This document shows positions 62,646 through 64,000 of a stretch of DNA of 64,000 bases, one piece after another; position 1 is the first letter of the stretch, and every line of letters begins with the position of its first letter. Source of the stretch: Thiotrichales bacterium (GTDB taxonomy: Bacteria; Pseudomonadota; Gammaproteobacteria; Francisellales; CACEW01); NCBI GenBank assembly GCA_947478175.1, contig CANJUQ010000002.1:49758-113757 (forward strand), given 5' to 3'. Position numbers and translations under genes: made by a program. The notes under the pieces are model-generated. The model was given only the letters and a program-made list of their open reading frames with translations, had not been told where the DNA came from and ran no database searches.

Positions 62646-64000
62646 ATGAAATCCACTCAAACTTTACTTTCATTGGCTTTGTTTTTAACCAGCACAGCCG
62701 CCTTTGCCACCCTCCCTGCTATCGATATGGGCAGTGGTGTTTATTTTTATGCTTGGAATGCCAATGCTCATTGCTCGACCACCAACACAATTACAAACCC
62801 AACGGGAAGATGCCCAGAGCTCTGGACTGACACCATCAAAAATATCAATGCCCAAGTTCCCGCTAGTTCTAACCGGGCTCAAATTAAGTTTGTTTATTTA
62901 GATTCCGTCACTCTCAATTTACCTGCAGCACCGATTACCAAAACTATTTTCACCGTCGGTGGCTGTAGCGACTCCACTGACATCGTCTTTTGTTCTCGAT
63001 CAGGGGGGCTGACTTATTCTGATCCCCAATCGGAATCAGGCTATCAAGCCGTCAGTGATTTAAATACCGCCCTAGGTTCTAGCTATTACGTGATGCCTAT
63101 GGTTTCTGCCGCGGGAGATACCAGCTTAGAAAGCCTCAATGCAAATCAACTTGAATCACTCGCTTATTCGCTGGCCTGTATTGTTAACCCTAACGCAACG
63201 CCTCCTGCTGGTTTAACTAACGGCCCTAGTGCTTGCTCAGCTGTCTTAACGGGTACAAGTTTAAATCCAACCAACCTCACGCCAACGATCAGCGGTTTAG
63301 CTTTTGATATTGAAGGGCCTGATTTGAGCAGTCACAAAAATGCAGATCCCTATAGTGCTGGTGATTTTTATGGTGCAGTACAAACAGCAATTGGAGCTAG
63401 CAGTTCTCAAAATCCTAAATTTATTATGGTTTCTCGTGGACCGAATGGTCTCAATGAAGCCCAAGATGGGAACAAAATTGATAACCCTACTCAGGCTCAG
63501 ATTAGCCTTACATTTGGGACGGTCCTAAACACACTAAATCAAAACAGCAACCTGGTGACTTTTATTTTCTCCCCCCAAATTTACGACCTCTGTGATGGCA
63601 TGGGCACTTGGGCTTGCCCGGTCACGACGCCTTATACGCCAACGGGTACTAGCACTCCAACTTATGCTCAAAGCTTATTTCTTCAACCCATTCCTGCTGA
63701 TACAGCTGATGGCAATGGCTGGGATGCCAATGATATTTTGTTCCAAAAATTTTCAGCACCGTATCAATTTTTTAATCAGTTAAATGGCCATTCAATCCCC
63801 ACCCCTGCGCTTTATCCTAATGTCCCAGTTCAGCCTTCTATTTCTGCTGGAGCCTCGAGCCAAATCTGGTCCCATGTGAATTTATATAATGCAGATTCAA
63901 CTAAAGACCCATTTTTATTAGGTGTGCCAGTCTATTCAGGTGCTCCTGTCAGCTTTCAACCCTCGATGATTTATCAAAACAAAAAAGCCTGCCAAGCAGA
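62646..64000 (+). CDS. Third secreted GH18-like paralog (partial, runs off the window; absent from ORF track)
   Basis: Manual translation: MKSTQTLLSLALFLTSTAAFA signal, GSGVYFYAW..C..NPTGRCPELWTDTIKNINAQ, SGLAFDIEGP (63291), FIFSPQIYDLCDG (63561), GASSQIWSHVNLYN, all in one frame and colinear with the 59518 protein. Confidence 0.88.
   Translation, partial: MKSTQTLLSLALFLTSTAAFATLPAIDMGSGVYFYAWNANAHCSTTNTITNPTGRCPELWTDTIKNINAQVPASSNRAQIKFVYLDSVTLNLPAAPITKTIFTVGGCSDSTDIVFCSRSGGLTYSDPQSESGYQAVSDLNTALGSSYYVMPMVSAAGDTSLESLNANQLESLAYSLACIVNPNATPPAGLTNGPSACSAVLTGTSLNPTNLTPTISGLAFDIEGPDLSSHKNADPYSAGDFYGAVQTAIGASSSQNPKFIMVSRGPNGLNEAQDGNKIDNPTQAQISLTFGTVLNTLNQNSNLVTFIFSPQIYDLCDGMGTWACPVTTPYTPTGTSTPTYAQSLFLQPIPADTADGNGWDANDILFQKFSAPYQFFNQLNGHSIPTPALYPNVPVQPSISAGASSQIWSHVNLYNADSTKDPFLLGVPVYSGAPVSFQPSMIYQNKKACQA

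Noticed and set aside
62685-63783. Four short ORFs in the track
   Set aside because: Shadow frames of the long open frame starting at 62646

Overview
AT-rich chromosomal window from a gammaproteobacterium. The ankyrin, coiled-coil and Ser-rich orphan genes suggest a Legionellales/Coxiellales-like, possibly protist-associated lifestyle (inference). The backbone is housekeeping: end of the atp operon (atpH'AGDC), metK-ahcY-metF, a YadGH-type ABC pair, tusA with a ThiI-like gene, tRNA-Ser(TGA), typA, dsbD, gmhB, aroKB, efp, lysS, udk-deoB-aminopeptidase P, hda, a stand-alone FtsI-like PBP and sodB. Accessory content: (1) a compact candidate NRPS-independent peptide cluster (clavaminate-synthase-like HxE dioxygenase, D-2-hydroxyacid dehydrogenase, MFS, ATP-grasp ligase, GNAT); (2) a tandem array of at least three large secreted proteins with a degenerate GH18-like SGLxFDxE motif, two of which carry a shared ~100-aa two-Cys C-terminal module (the third gene is absent from the ORF track because it runs off the window); (3) a paralogous pair of NLS-like/ankyrin-like/coiled-coil candidate effectors; (4) four solitary NTPase-HTH/nuclease genes, each preceded by its own repeat array; (5) hicAB beside tRNA-Ser, an orphan RHH gene, a T4-RNase-H-like nuclease behind hda, and three GTAGGGGC REP-like hairpins. 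No CRISPR array, rRNA, integrase or transposase was seen. All family calls come from motif recognition by eye, not from database searches.
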